Shown here: piece by piece, positions 31,205 to 41,412 of the stretch
Layout: every line of letters begins with the position of its first letter
How positions within the stretch are numbered: the first letter of the stretch is position 1
Source: an uncultured Chloroflexia bacterium
GTDB lineage: Bacteria > Chloroflexota > Limnocylindria > Limnocylindrales > CSP1-4
Assembly: GCA_963749705.1 (NCBI GenBank)
Contig: CAVVNQ010000006.1
Location: 176,650-240,649, forward strand
Direction: 5' to 3'
Length of the DNA stretch: 64,000 nucleotides
The notes under the pieces: generated by a model
Told to the model about the DNA's origin: nothing
The model's database searches: none
What the model saw: the letters and a program-made list of their open reading frames with translations, nothing else
Position numbers and translations under genes: made by a program

Positions 31205-32170
31205 TCAGGCCGTGCGGTCCTGTACGGCCTGCAGGATGCGCATTGCGGGCAAGATCGCCTCGGCGGCCGTCACCGGACGCTGGCCCGAGGTGATCGATGA
31301 GACGAAGTCCTGATCCTGAGCGACGACGCTATTCCCGTGGACTGTCGCGAGGTCCTTGCCCTGGAAGATTGGTCCGTGCGAGTTGGCAACATTCGGGTAG
31401 GCGATTTCAATCATGTCCTGCTCGCCGACCACGAGGTAGTCGTTCGTCGCGATCTGCGCGTTGTAGGACAGGGAGATGGTCGCCACAGCGCCGGCCGGGG
31501 TGCGGAGCGTGATCCCGTAGTCCATCGGTACGCCGGTCGCCTGCCAGACAGGTCCGACCACTGACGTGACCTCCGAAACAGGTGCACCAAGCAGGCCGAG
31601 AACCACGTCAACGATATGGCCACCCTGGTGCCATAGGAGACTGTCCGTCCAGCTCCTCTGGCGACCGGTCCACCCGACGTTGTCTCGACGAAGCATGAGG
31701 TAACGAGCCACGACGTTGGTCGGCTCCAGACCGACCTGTTCGATCGCAGCTCGGGCGACCTGGAACGGTTCGGAGTAGCGGATTGAGTGGCACACCATCA
31801 GCACACGCTTGGCCTCTTGCGCGCGTGCGACGAGGGTTTCGGCCTCGCCTGCCGACAGGGCCAGCGGGATCTCGACAAGCACGTGACGGCCCGCCTCGAT
31901 TGCGGCGCGAGCCTGTTCGAAGTGGACGGCGCTGGGCGATGCAATGACCACGGCCTGAACGCCTGGCATCGTGATCGCCTCGTCTACGTCGACGGTCCAG
32001 TGCTCGATTTCGTGGCGAAGAGCGAAAGCCTGGACCTCGGCCGCGTTCGGGCCCGCGACACTCAGGATGCGAGCGCCTAGATCACGGAACGCCTGGGCGT
32101 GCATGTCAGCAATCGCCCCGTAGCCGAGTATCGCTATGGCCGGAACGCTGTCTCTGTCGATCATCGTCAT
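31205..32170 (-). CDS. Gfo/Idh/MocA dehydrogenase, LigC-like
   Basis: GYGAIA, HVLVEIPLA, RSWTDSLLWHQGGH. Confidence 0.85.
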   Translation of the reverse strand: MTMIDRDSVPAIAILGYGAIADMHAQAFRDLGARILSVAGPNAAEVQAFALRHEIEHWTVDVDEAITMPGVQAVVIASPSAVHFEQARAAIEAGRHVLVEIPLALSAGEAETLVARAQEAKRVLMVCHSIRYSEPFQVARAAIEQVGLEPTNVVARYLMLRRDNVGWTGRQRSWTDSLLWHQGGHIVDVVLGLLGAPVSEVTSVVGPVWQATGVPMDYGITLRTPAGAVATISLSYNAQIATNDYLVVGEQDMIEIAYPNVANSHGPIFQGKDLATVHGNSVVAQDQDFVSSITSGQRPVTAAEAILPAMRILQAVQDRTA

Positions 32171-32264
32171 CTTGGCGTAGCTCCAATAGTTTGCACCGCC
32201 CGCGGGCGCGGGCACGGATGGGTCGGCTCAGCCTCCAGACCATCGAGTGGCCCGGAGAGCCGCA

Positions 32265-33353
32265 TCAGTCCGATAGTCGTTCACCCGTGGCCGCGCTGAA
32301 TAGATGGATGATGGCGCCCTCTGCAGGCACCAGGCTGACCCGGGTATCGGGGGTTGGCGCCGCTCTTCCCTCGGTACGCACCGTCAGGAGCTCGGGACCC
32401 CCCGTAAGGTCGACGTTGACGTAGACGAAGGCATCTGCGCCCAGCTCCTCGACCAGCACGACCAGCCCCGGCAAGCCACCCTGGTCGGGCGGTCCAAGGG
32501 CGAATCCTTCGGGACGAATCCCGACAATCGCGTCGCCGCCACGGAGCGCCGCCTGCTGGGTCGGCGTCAGCGGCATCCTGATCGCCCCGAGGTGCACCGA
32601 TGCGTCGTCAACCCCGGCCGACATGAGGTTCATCGCTGGCGAGCCGATAAAGCCGGCGACAAACGCGTTCGCCGGTCGATCGAACAGCACCGGTGGCTTG
32701 TCACATTGCTGGAGCACGCCCTCATGGAGCACGGCGACCCGATCGCCCAGCGTCATCGCCTCCACCTGGTCGTGTGTCACGTAGATGGTCGTGATCCCCA
32801 GCCGCCGCTGAAGCGAGGCGATCTGCGCTCGCGTCTGCACCCGCAGCTTCGCGTCGAGGTTCGAGAGCGGCTCGTCCATGAGGAAGACCTGGGGCTCACG
32901 GATGATGGCCCGACCCATTGCCACCCGCTGGCGCTGGCCGCCCGAGAGTTTGGCCGGCTTACGGTCGAGATAGGGCTCGAGGTCAAGCAGTTGTGCCGCC
33001 GCCAAGACTCGACGCTTGATCTCGTCTTTCGGGCGCTTCGCAATCCTGAGGTGAAAGCCGATGTTCTCGGCCACCGTCATATGCGGGTACAACGCGTAGT
33101 CCTGGAAGACCATCGCGATGTCGCGGTTCTTCGGCGGCAGCTTCGTGACATCCCGATCGCCGATAAAGACGGCACCCTCGTCGACGCCCTCGAGCCCTGC
33201 CAGCATCCGCAATGCTGTGGACTTTCCTGAGCCGGATGGCCCGACGAGCACCATGAACTCGCCATCATCGATAGCGAGGTCGAGGGCGTCCAATGCCGGC
33301 ACCGTGGTGCCGGCGTAGATGCGGGTGGCGCCTTCCCATCGAACGGTGGCCAT
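32265..33353 (-). CDS. Carbohydrate ABC transporter ATPase (MsmK/UgpC-like)
   Basis: GPSGSGKST, LSGGQRQRVA, DEPLSNLDAKLR, THDQ. Confidence 0.95.
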   Translation of the reverse strand: MATVRWEGATRIYAGTTVPALDALDLAIDDGEFMVLVGPSGSGKSTALRMLAGLEGVDEGAVFIGDRDVTKLPPKNRDIAMVFQDYALYPHMTVAENIGFHLRIAKRPKDEIKRRVLAAAQLLDLEPYLDRKPAKLSGGQRQRVAMGRAIIREPQVFLMDEPLSNLDAKLRVQTRAQIASLQRRLGITTIYVTHDQVEAMTLGDRVAVLHEGVLQQCDKPPVLFDRPANAFVAGFIGSPAMNLMSAGVDDASVHLGAIRMPLTPTQQAALRGGDAIVGIRPEGFALGPPDQGGLPGLVVLVEELGADAFVYVNVDLTGGPELLTVRTEGRAAPTPDTRVSLVPAEGAIIHLFSAATGERLSD

Positions 33354-33400
33354 TCAGACGTCCTTCCCGTTGTCGCTCATCGCAGTGCAGGCGACCCGCC

Positions 33401-34288
33401 TCATTTGGCAGCGCCAAGGCTCAGGCCCTCGACGAGACGGCGGCCAAACCAGATGTACATGGCGAGGATGGGCATGACGATGATGCAGATGCCCGCATAC
33501 AACAAACCCCAGTCCGCACCGGTGAACTGGAACGTGCCCAAGAGACCGAAGAGGGCCAGCGGCAGTGTCTCATACCTCGTGTCCTGTATGAAAATGAGCG
33601 CAAACAGCAGTTCATTCCACAGCCCCATGATGTTGAGGATGAGCGCGGTGATCAACCCGGCTCGGGCCAGGGGCAGCATGACCAATCGGAATGTCTGGAA
33701 CGGTGAGCAGCCGTCAATGGCGGCGGCTGCTTCGAGAGTGCTTGGCAGCGACCGGAAGAAGCCGGTTAGCAAGAAGACCGTGAACGGCAAAGACGCAGCG
33801 ACGTAGATGACGTATAGGCCGACGAGGCTATTTGTGAGACCGAGCGGCTGCAGCATCACGAACAACGGGATGACAACGAGCTGATCGGGGATGCCAATCC
33901 CTACGATGAACAGGAGAGTCAGCGCGCTCGAAACCCGACCCGCGATTCGAGCCAGGGCGTACGCAGCTGGAGCGGCGATCGCGACGATTGTAAGCGCCGA
34001 TGCCGCGACCACGAGGGTCGAATTCAGTGCAGCCTGTCCGAAGTTTGTGACGTCCCAGGCTCCGACGTAGTTCTCAAAGTGGAAGGCTGTTGGCGGCGAC
34101 CAAGGACCATAGACGATCTCGCGCGATGTCTTCAGCGAAGACCCGACAATCCACAACAGGATGAAGACGTTGAAGGCAACCACCGCCCATGCGGCCAAAC
34201 TGCCGACGCGCTGAATGGCTCCCGTTCCGTGCGCAGCCGGGGCTGGCCGGCCGCCTCTCCGGCGACGGCGCAGCGTCAATGCGGTCAT
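33401..34288 (-). CDS. Carbohydrate ABC permease (MalG-like)
   Basis: LPSTLEAAAAIDGCS EAA loop; transmembrane segments. Confidence 0.93.
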   Translation of the reverse strand: MTALTLRRRRRGGRPAPAAHGTGAIQRVGSLAAWAVVAFNVFILLWIVGSSLKTSREIVYGPWSPPTAFHFENYVGAWDVTNFGQAALNSTLVVAASALTIVAIAAPAAYALARIAGRVSSALTLLFIVGIGIPDQLVVIPLFVMLQPLGLTNSLVGLYVIYVAASLPFTVFLLTGFFRSLPSTLEAAAAIDGCSPFQTFRLVMLPLARAGLITALILNIMGLWNELLFALIFIQDTRYETLPLALFGLLGTFQFTGADWGLLYAGICIIVMPILAMYIWFGRRLVEGLSLGAAK

Positions 34289-34307
34289 CGGCGCAATCCC
34301 TCCGCCA

Positions 34308-35270
34308 TTAGAAATGAATGGCCTCGCGCCGCATGAGTCTGCGCAACACGACGACGAAGACAATCACGAGTAGGAGCATCACGAAAGCCGCCGCGGAAGC
34401 GTAGCCCAGTTGGTACGAAGGTATGCTTCCCCCGAACGATTCCCCATATACGAACACCGCCGAATCCCAGGTTCGGAGCGGTGGCAAGCCAGAACCGGTC
34501 GAAGACGCGACGATGAAGTCGAAGATCTTGATGCTGTTGATCGTCCACAAGACTGCCGCTACGGAAACCACATCCCACATGAGCGGTAGCGTCACGAAGC
34601 GGAAGTGCTGGAGCGGACTGGCCCCCGCGATCTCGGCGTCCTCGTACAGGGAACTGGGGATCCGGTCGACCCCGGCCATCAGGATCGTAACGTAGAAGCC
34701 GGTCATGATCCAGGTGAGCGCGATCATGATCATGTTGAACCGATTGTCGAGGTCCAGCCATCTCGGCCCTTCGACCCCCAGGAGGCCTTGAATTGCCGAA
34801 TTCACGAGCCCGCCTGACTGGAATAGGTACCCCCATACAATCGCAAGGACGATCGAGCTGACGATGCTCGGGAAAAACAGGATCGCAATGACCGTCCGTC
34901 TTGCGGCCATCTGGCGCAGGACCATGATCAGGGCGAAGCTGAAGAGGAACACTGCGCCCCCGACGACCACCAGAAGCTCAAGCGTATTTACGAACGCGAT
35001 CTGAAAAGCGTTGTCCTGAAAGAGAATCGCGTAGTTGTCGAGCCCTCGCCAGCTCAGCGGCCCGCTGCCGCGCCAGCTGAACAGGCTGAGCCCGACGGTC
35101 ATGACCACCGGCGCGAGGAAGATCGCGACGTAGACGACAACCGCCGGCAGGACGAACGGAAGGAAGATCCGTCGCCGCTGCGCGTCGACCGGATTGCCGG
35201 CCGGCGCGCGCAACCCGGCCCCCCCGCCTCGCGGGGGGGCCGGGTCAGAGCGCTGTATGGCGCTGGTCAC
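34308..35270 (-). CDS. Carbohydrate ABC permease (MalF-like)
   Basis: GLDNY, IPSSLYEDAEIAGAS..FRFVTLP. Confidence 0.93.
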   Translation of the reverse strand: MTSAIQRSDPAPPRGGGAGLRAPAGNPVDAQRRRIFLPFVLPAVVVYVAIFLAPVVMTVGLSLFSWRGSGPLSWRGLDNYAILFQDNAFQIAFVNTLELLVVVGGAVFLFSFALIMVLRQMAARRTVIAILFFPSIVSSIVLAIVWGYLFQSGGLVNSAIQGLLGVEGPRWLDLDNRFNMIMIALTWIMTGFYVTILMAGVDRIPSSLYEDAEIAGASPLQHFRFVTLPLMWDVVSVAAVLWTINSIKIFDFIVASSTGSGLPPLRTWDSAVFVYGESFGGSIPSYQLGYASAAAFVMLLLVIVFVVVLRRLMRREAIHF

Positions 35271-35275
35271 TTTCC

Positions 35276-36634
35276 TTATCCTTGGAGCTTCCAGAAGTCG
35301 ATCGAAGCCCTCTTGACGTTGGCAACGAATTCCTCGGCGCTGACCTTGCCCAAGAGAAGCTCCTGGCTCGCCGGCTGGAAGATCTTCTGCATGTAGTCCG
35401 GGATACCGTAGAGCCCGTCGGAGCTCTCACCGAACGGCCTGCTGTCGATGGCAGCCTTGAGACTCGTGAGCTGTGAGGGCACGGAGACGTCAGCACGCGG
35501 CGTGAGGTTGAGCGACTCCGTGGCGATGCCTGCGAGGCGGTCCTTGTTGAGGAAGTAGGCCATGAACTGCTCCGCTTGTGCCGCGTTCTTGGCCTTCGCC
35601 GGGATCGACCAGCCAATGGCTCCTACCTCGACTGAGGGGGTGGCTGTGCCGAGCGACGGGAATTGGAATGAGTCGTACTGGAAGCCAGCTTTCGCGTCTG
35701 GTGCCGTCTCACTCGGAGCCCAGATGCCCATCAGGAGGAAGTCGGCGTTGCCCTGGGCCCAGGCCTGCTGCATCGCCGGCCATGCGCTGCTGTCGTAGCC
35801 CTTGATGAAGTAGCCGCCCTTGACGAGCTGTTCGACCGCCTTGGCCGCGGCGAGGACCCTCGGATCGTCCCACGCGGCGCCGCTCTTGTCAGAGGCGGTC
35901 GCGTGGAGGTTACCCGCGCCGAGCGCTGAGATCAGGGCTGCGGTGGTCCACATGGAGTCGTAGTCAGGCTGATCACCGTCGAGCGCGAGCCCCGCTCGGC
36001 CCGCGGCCTTCTCCTCGTCGAGAACCTTGATGAACGCGTCCCACGTCATCGGCGGGTTCGCGGCAACGTTCGGAAGATCGGCCGCGTTGAACCACATCGC
36101 GGATGATGTGATTTCGTAGGGGACCATGAACGGCGCGCCGGCGTCGTCTCGCACGACGTCTACGAACTTGGACGGAATCACGTCCGACACCTTCGTGCCG
36201 GGCTCGCCCGCTACCTCCAGCGCATAGGCATCGGTCAGATCCTTGGCCTGGCCGTTGGGAACGAGCGCGCCGCGCATGTTGGCTGCACCCTGGTCAACGA
36301 GATCCGGGACCTGGTCCGTATTGAGCGTCGGCAGCAGCTTGGTCAGGTTTCCCCGGCCCTGCCACTGGACGTCGACCGTGATCCCCGTGTCTTTGGTGAA
36401 CGAGTCGATCGCAGCCTGAAGCACCTTCTGCTGCGGCTCGCCTTCCTTCCACATCGCCCAATACGTAAACGAGCCCGGTTCCGCGCTCGGACCAGCCGAC
36501 GGCGCAGCACTGCCGGCCGCTTCGCTCGCTGCGCTGCTGGCCGCCGGGCTGCCGGACGAACTGCCGCAACTGGCGACGACGAGAGCCATGGCACCGGCAG
36601 CGAGCCACCATCGTGCTTTAGAACGTCGATCCAT
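35276..36634 (-). CDS. ABC substrate-binding lipoprotein
   Basis: Lipobox LVVASC, Ser/Ala/Pro linker, SBP fold motifs; ATG 36634 with AGGAGG RBS. Confidence 0.9.
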   Translation of the reverse strand: MDRRSKARWWLAAGAMALVVASCGSSSGSPAASSAASEAAGSAAPSAGPSAEPGSFTYWAMWKEGEPQQKVLQAAIDSFTKDTGITVDVQWQGRGNLTKLLPTLNTDQVPDLVDQGAANMRGALVPNGQAKDLTDAYALEVAGEPGTKVSDVIPSKFVDVVRDDAGAPFMVPYEITSSAMWFNAADLPNVAANPPMTWDAFIKVLDEEKAAGRAGLALDGDQPDYDSMWTTAALISALGAGNLHATASDKSGAAWDDPRVLAAAKAVEQLVKGGYFIKGYDSSAWPAMQQAWAQGNADFLLMGIWAPSETAPDAKAGFQYDSFQFPSLGTATPSVEVGAIGWSIPAKAKNAAQAEQFMAYFLNKDRLAGIATESLNLTPRADVSVPSQLTSLKAAIDSRPFGESSDGLYGIPDYMQKIFQPASQELLLGKVSAEEFVANVKRASIDFWKLQG

Positions 36635-36994
36635 AACCTTGCTCCTCCTGCTGCCGGGCCACATACCCATGGCTCCTAGCAAAGCGAACATGATTGGCAC
36701 AAGAACTGCCACAAGATGGGTGGTCACGGTGTCGATGTCAAGAACCGAGTTCACCCTAAGAAGGTCGGTTGCAGCATATGGAGCAGGAGCGGCAGTCGCG
36801 AGATGACCTCACGTTACGCGGCATGGGTAGAGCTCCGTCCGGGGTTCAGCGACTGCAACCGGGTTGTGCAGCCTGAAACTGGAGCATTGACACCGGGTGC
36901 CGCTTGCGCCACGATTTGGAGCATTACCGTCGATGCGAATGCTGGCGAATTCTCTTGGCTTGCTGCCGCCCGACGCGAGAAGGAGGGTAGCGCC

Positions 36995-39037
36995 ATCAGT
37001 GACCTGCGCATTGAGAGCCTGGTGCTGCCGGGCGCCGAGCTTGGGCCTACGAACCCGCTCCCTCAGCTGGTTGGCCCGGGTGTCGCGTTCGAGGCGGGGC
37101 CCGGGGTACCCGACGAGATCGTCAGGAATGCCCGCTATGGGGGAGTGCCCGGTAGCCTGCCGTACCTCTTTCAGGACGGCTTTGGGCGAGAGCGACCGGA
37201 TCGGGCCCTCAAGGTCGCGGTGCTTGAGAACGAGGTCCTTCGCGCGACATTCCTGCTCGAGTATGGCGGGAGGCTCTGGTCGCTCGTTCACCGGCCCTCT
37301 GGGCGAGAGCTCCTGTACCGCAACCCGATCTTCCAGCCCGTGAACATCGGCCTGCGCGGGGCCTGGTTCTCGGGCGGGGTTGAGTGGAGCATCGGGACAA
37401 TCGGGCACTGCCCGCTGACCTGCGAGTCGCTCCATGCCGCTCGGGTCGAAGGCCCCGACGGAGCCCCCATCCTCCGCCTCTACGAATGGGAGCGCCTTCG
37501 GGGGACGCCATTTCAGATCGATGCGTATCTTCCCGATGGCTCCCCGGTGCTGTACCTGAACTTCCGGATCCGGAATCCGCACGACACTGAGATCCCGATG
37601 TACTGGTGGTCGAACATCGCGGTGAGCGAACGAGACGACGTCCGCGTCGTTGCCCCGACCGAGTCCTCGTATCTGGCGGACGCCGCGCACGTTCTCCGAA
37701 AGGTTCCGTTCCCCATCCAGAACGGAGTCGATGTGTCCTACCCGACCGCGATCCTCGGCGGCAGCGCCTCGGACTTCTTCGACGTCCAGTCCAAGCGTCG
37801 TCCATGGTTCGCGGCTGTCGGGCGCGATGGTCGGGGGCTCGTCCAATTCTCGACTGACCGCCTCCAGGGCCGGAAGAGGTTCGCCTGGGGCATGTCACCG
37901 GGCGGTCGTTGGTGGCAGGACTTTCTGTCAGAGCCGGGGCACCCATACCTGGAGATCCAAGCAGGACTCGCCAAGACGCAGGCCGAACACCTACCGATGC
38001 CGGCCGGGGCGTCCTGGTCCTGGGCAGAAGCCTATGGGCTACTCGAGGTCGATCCGGATCCCGTCCACGGTTCCTGGGAGTCCGCACGGCGCACCGTGCA
38101 GGAGGCGGTCGCGAACCTCGATTCGACGACGAACGTGGACGCTGAACTCGCAACACTCGGCGCATTCGCGGACAACGCACCGGTCGAGGCGCTGCATTCC
38201 GGGTCAGGCTGGGGCGCGCTAGAACGACGACGCCGCGCCTCGGCAGGTGAACCGTCGGCGGATTCTGCTGGACTTCCGTTCGGCGATGACACGCTAGGAC
38301 CCGAACAGGCACCTTGGCTCGCTCTCCTCGACGAGGGACGGCTCCCGGCGTCAGATCCAAGCCTGCCGCCGATCAACTACATGGTGGACGCGCAGTGGCG
38401 AAGGCTCCTGGAAGCCAGCCCCGAGTCGTGGCTGATGCAGCTCCACCTCGGGGTGATGCAGTTCCATTCGGGTGACCACGCGGCGGCTCGAGCGGCGTGG
38501 GCAAGATCGCTCGAATTGGCGGTGAACCCGTGGGCGATCCGTAATCTCGCGGCCGTCGACCGCCTCGAAGGAGAGCACGGCAGGGCGGCCGAGCGTCTGT
38601 TGAAGGCGCTTGAAATGGCGCCCGGACTCCGACCCCTCGTCGTCGAGACAGTCCGGACACTGATCGAAGCCGGCCGCCCGGCCGATGGCCTCAGCGTGAT
38701 CGACGCATTGGATCCTGACCTCAGGGCCCACGGCCGAATCCGAGTCGTCGAGGCGAGCGCCGCGCTCGAGGCGGGGGATCTCGATCGAGCGGAGCGCATC
38801 CTCGCCGACGATCTCGTCGTGCCTGACTTTGGCGGCCACAGTCGTGGTGATGAGATCTGGCCCGATCGGCTTTGGTACGAACTCTACGAGCGGCGCCTCG
38901 CAGAGGCAGAGGGGGTACCGATCAACGACGAGCTGCGGTTGCGCGTTCGTCGCGAGCACCCGGTGCCGGCAATCTACGACCACCGGGACCACCGGGACCC
39001 AACGGCCCTCAAGCTTCGGTCAGGGCTCTCCGGGTAG
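36995..39037 (+). CDS. DUF5107 domain + TPR protein
   Basis: VLENEVLRATFL..GGRLWSL, NPIFQP.NIGLRGAWFSGGVEW, YWWSNIAV, EIQAG; apparent ATC start behind AAGGAGG. Confidence 0.8.
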   Translation: MSDLRIESLVLPGAELGPTNPLPQLVGPGVAFEAGPGVPDEIVRNARYGGVPGSLPYLFQDGFGRERPDRALKVAVLENEVLRATFLLEYGGRLWSLVHRPSGRELLYRNPIFQPVNIGLRGAWFSGGVEWSIGTIGHCPLTCESLHAARVEGPDGAPILRLYEWERLRGTPFQIDAYLPDGSPVLYLNFRIRNPHDTEIPMYWWSNIAVSERDDVRVVAPTESSYLADAAHVLRKVPFPIQNGVDVSYPTAILGGSASDFFDVQSKRRPWFAAVGRDGRGLVQFSTDRLQGRKRFAWGMSPGGRWWQDFLSEPGHPYLEIQAGLAKTQAEHLPMPAGASWSWAEAYGLLEVDPDPVHGSWESARRTVQEAVANLDSTTNVDAELATLGAFADNAPVEALHSGSGWGALERRRRASAGEPSADSAGLPFGDDTLGPEQAPWLALLDEGRLPASDPSLPPINYMVDAQWRRLLEASPESWLMQLHLGVMQFHSGDHAAARAAWARSLELAVNPWAIRNLAAVDRLEGEHGRAAERLLKALEMAPGLRPLVVETVRTLIEAGRPADGLSVIDALDPDLRAHGRIRVVEASAALEAGDLDRAERILADDLVVPDFGGHSRGDEIWPDRLWYELYERRLAEAEGVPINDELRLRVRREHPVPAIYDHRDHRDPTALKLRSGLSG

Positions 39038-39241
39038 AGCAACTCCTGGCCCAGGGCATCACCTTCGTTCAGTCCGGATCAGTGCCGTACGCCGAGTCCG
39101 AGTGGGGTTTGGCTCGCACGGCCATGCGTAGATAGGCGGCCGTGCGGTCCGGGCGCTGTCTCGTTCGCGTCGCGCGGCCGCCAGCGGACCATGCGCTCGT
39201 TGCACGGCAGACCCGATGCGCAGAGAGGACGCGCGAAACCG

Positions 39242-40225
39242 ATGACGGATCTGGTCACGTTCGGCGAGGCGATGGTCCGCCTGTCCCCGCCCGGGCACCG
39301 CCGGCTCGAACAGGCGACGAGCCTCGAAGTGACCGTCGGCGGCGCCGAGCTGAACGTCGCGGCCGGCGCGGCGCGCCTCGGTCTGCAGACAAAGTGGGTC
39401 TCCTGCCTGCCCGACAACCCGCTTGGACGGATGGTCCGGAACAAGGCGCGCGAGTTCGGGGTCGACACGAGTTGCATCGCGTGGGATCCGGGGGCACGGA
39501 TGGGCCTCTACTTCGTGGAGTACGGCGCCTCCCCGCGGCCGAGCAGCGTTCTCTACGACCGCAACCCCTCGGCGATGAATGACCTGCGCGCGAACTTCGA
39601 CTGGGACGCCATCCTCGACGGAGCCCGGGCCTTCCACGCGACCGGGATCACGACCGCGCTCTCTGAGCGAAACGCCGAGCAGGTCGCGACGGGCCTCCAT
39701 ACCGCCCGGGCCAAGGGTGTCCTCACGAGCTACGACCTGAACTTCCGGTCCAAGCTCTGGTCGAAGGAGCGAGCGCGGGCGGTTCAGGAGCCACTCATGG
39801 GGCTGGTCGACGTCTTGATGACGACCGAGGAGGATGTGACAACTGTCTTCGGGATCCGGGCAAGCGACTGCCGCGAGGCTGCGCGAGAGCTCGCGCAGCG
39901 GTTCGGCTGCAAGATCGTGACGATCACCCTCAGGGGCGATATCTCCGTCCTTCGCAACACATGGACCGCGGTCGCGTGTAGCGATGGGTCGTTCTACGAC
40001 GATCGGACGTATGACATCGAGATCGTCGACCGGGTTGGCGGCGGGGATGCCTACGCCGCCGGGTTCCTCTTCGGGGTGCTCAGTGGCGATGTTGCGAAAG
40101 GCGTTAGATACGGCAACGCCTTCAGCGCACTGAAGCAGTCGTCATGGGGCGACTTCAGCTGGGCGACGCTGGCGGAGGTCGAAGCACAGGTCGCGGGCTC
40201 CGGCGGCCTGCGGATCGTGCGCTGA
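39242..40225 (+). CDS. kdgK: 2-keto-3-deoxygluconate kinase-like PfkB kinase
   Basis: FGEAMVRL, GGAELNVA, DLNFRSKLW, DRVGGGDAYAAG; adjacent to Eda. Confidence 0.8.
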   Translation: MTDLVTFGEAMVRLSPPGHRRLEQATSLEVTVGGAELNVAAGAARLGLQTKWVSCLPDNPLGRMVRNKAREFGVDTSCIAWDPGARMGLYFVEYGASPRPSSVLYDRNPSAMNDLRANFDWDAILDGARAFHATGITTALSERNAEQVATGLHTARAKGVLTSYDLNFRSKLWSKERARAVQEPLMGLVDVLMTTEEDVTTVFGIRASDCREAARELAQRFGCKIVTITLRGDISVLRNTWTAVACSDGSFYDDRTYDIEIVDRVGGGDAYAAGFLFGVLSGDVAKGVRYGNAFSALKQSSWGDFSWATLAEVEAQVAGSGGLRIVR

Positions 40226-40344
40226 TGTCCACACAGATGGCCTCGCCGTGTGCTCTGACTCAGACGAGCGGCTCGCTGTCGAGCTGCGGGAACACCCTCG
40301 CGGCCCGCGTCATTGGCTCCGCGGCGCGTAGACAGGAGACGACG

Positions 40345-41028
40345 ATGGACAAGCATGTCCGGCTCGCCCGGATCTTCGACTCGGGCGTCATCGCGATCGT
40401 GCGACTCGATTCCGCCGACCAACTCCTGCGGGTCGCCGAGGCAATGATGGCCGGTGGGGTTGACGTGATCGAGTTCACGATGACGACGCCCGGCGCCCTC
40501 GACGTGATCCGGAAGGCGTCCGACCGCTTCGGCGACGAGATCCTCCTCGGCGTGGGGACCGTGCTCGACCCCGAAACCGCCCGGGCAGCTATCCTCGCCG
40601 GGGCCCGTTTTGTGGTCACCCCCACGCTCCGGCATGAGGCCATCGAGCTCTGCAATCGCTATAGCGCCCCGATCTGTGCGGGCGCGTACACGCCGACCGA
40701 GATCCTCACTGCCTGGGAGTGGGGCGCCGATCTCGTCAAGGTCTTTCCGGCGACCTCACTGGGGCCAGGCTACATCCGCGACGTCCTCGCTCCCCTTCCC
40801 CAGATCCGACTCGTGCCGACCGGCGGCGTGAGCAGGGACAACGTCGCGGCCTTCATCCTGGCCGGGGCTGCCGCTGTCGCGGTTGGGAGCAGGCTGGTCG
40901 ACCGCACGGTTGTCGCAGCCGGAGACTGGGCCACGCTGACTGCAAACGCCAAGGCTTTCTCCGAGGCGGTCCGAGCGGCAAGAGAGCCAACGGCCGGGTC
41001 GGAGCAAGAACGTGGGTGGGAAGAATGA
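40345..41028 (+). CDS. eda: KDPG/KHG aldolase
   Basis: IEFTMTTP, GVGTVLD, TPTEI, VKVFPA, PTGGV. Confidence 0.9.
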   Translation: MDKHVRLARIFDSGVIAIVRLDSADQLLRVAEAMMAGGVDVIEFTMTTPGALDVIRKASDRFGDEILLGVGTVLDPETARAAILAGARFVVTPTLRHEAIELCNRYSAPICAGAYTPTEILTAWEWGADLVKVFPATSLGPGYIRDVLAPLPQIRLVPTGGVSRDNVAAFILAGAAAVAVGSRLVDRTVVAAGDWATLTANAKAFSEAVRAAREPTAGSEQERGWEE

Positions 41029-41065
41029 TTGATGCGTGTCGCGCTAGACCCCGCCGGACCAAACT

Positions 41066-41411
41066 GTGCTCGTACGAGGGCCGCTTCTACACGTTCCACG
41101 ACGCGCTAACCGCGCCGCGGCCGATCCAGGCCTGTCTGCCGATCCTCGTCGGCGGCTCGGGTCCCCGGAAGCCGCTCCGCAGCGTCGCCCTCCAAGCCGA
41201 CGCCTCGAACACGGCTGGCTGGCTCGCCGAGGTCCGAGCGCAAATGGCCAACCTCGAGCGGCACTGCGTGGAGGTCGGCCGTGACCCGCGCGAGAGCGAG
41301 CGGACGCTCAGCTTTCCGATTGTCATCCGGGACAGCCGCCGGGCCGCGGAGGCCGCGTTCGCCACCCTCGTCGCGCACAACAGGGCGTCGAAGGCCGGTG
41401 AGGTGGTTTGA
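41066..41411 (+). pseudogene. LLM-class flavin/F420 oxidoreductase internal fragment
   Basis: YEGRFY..PRPIQ..PILVGGSGPRK..HCVEVGRDPRE; paralogous to 50042-50980. Confidence 0.7.
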
Positions 41412-41412
41412 G

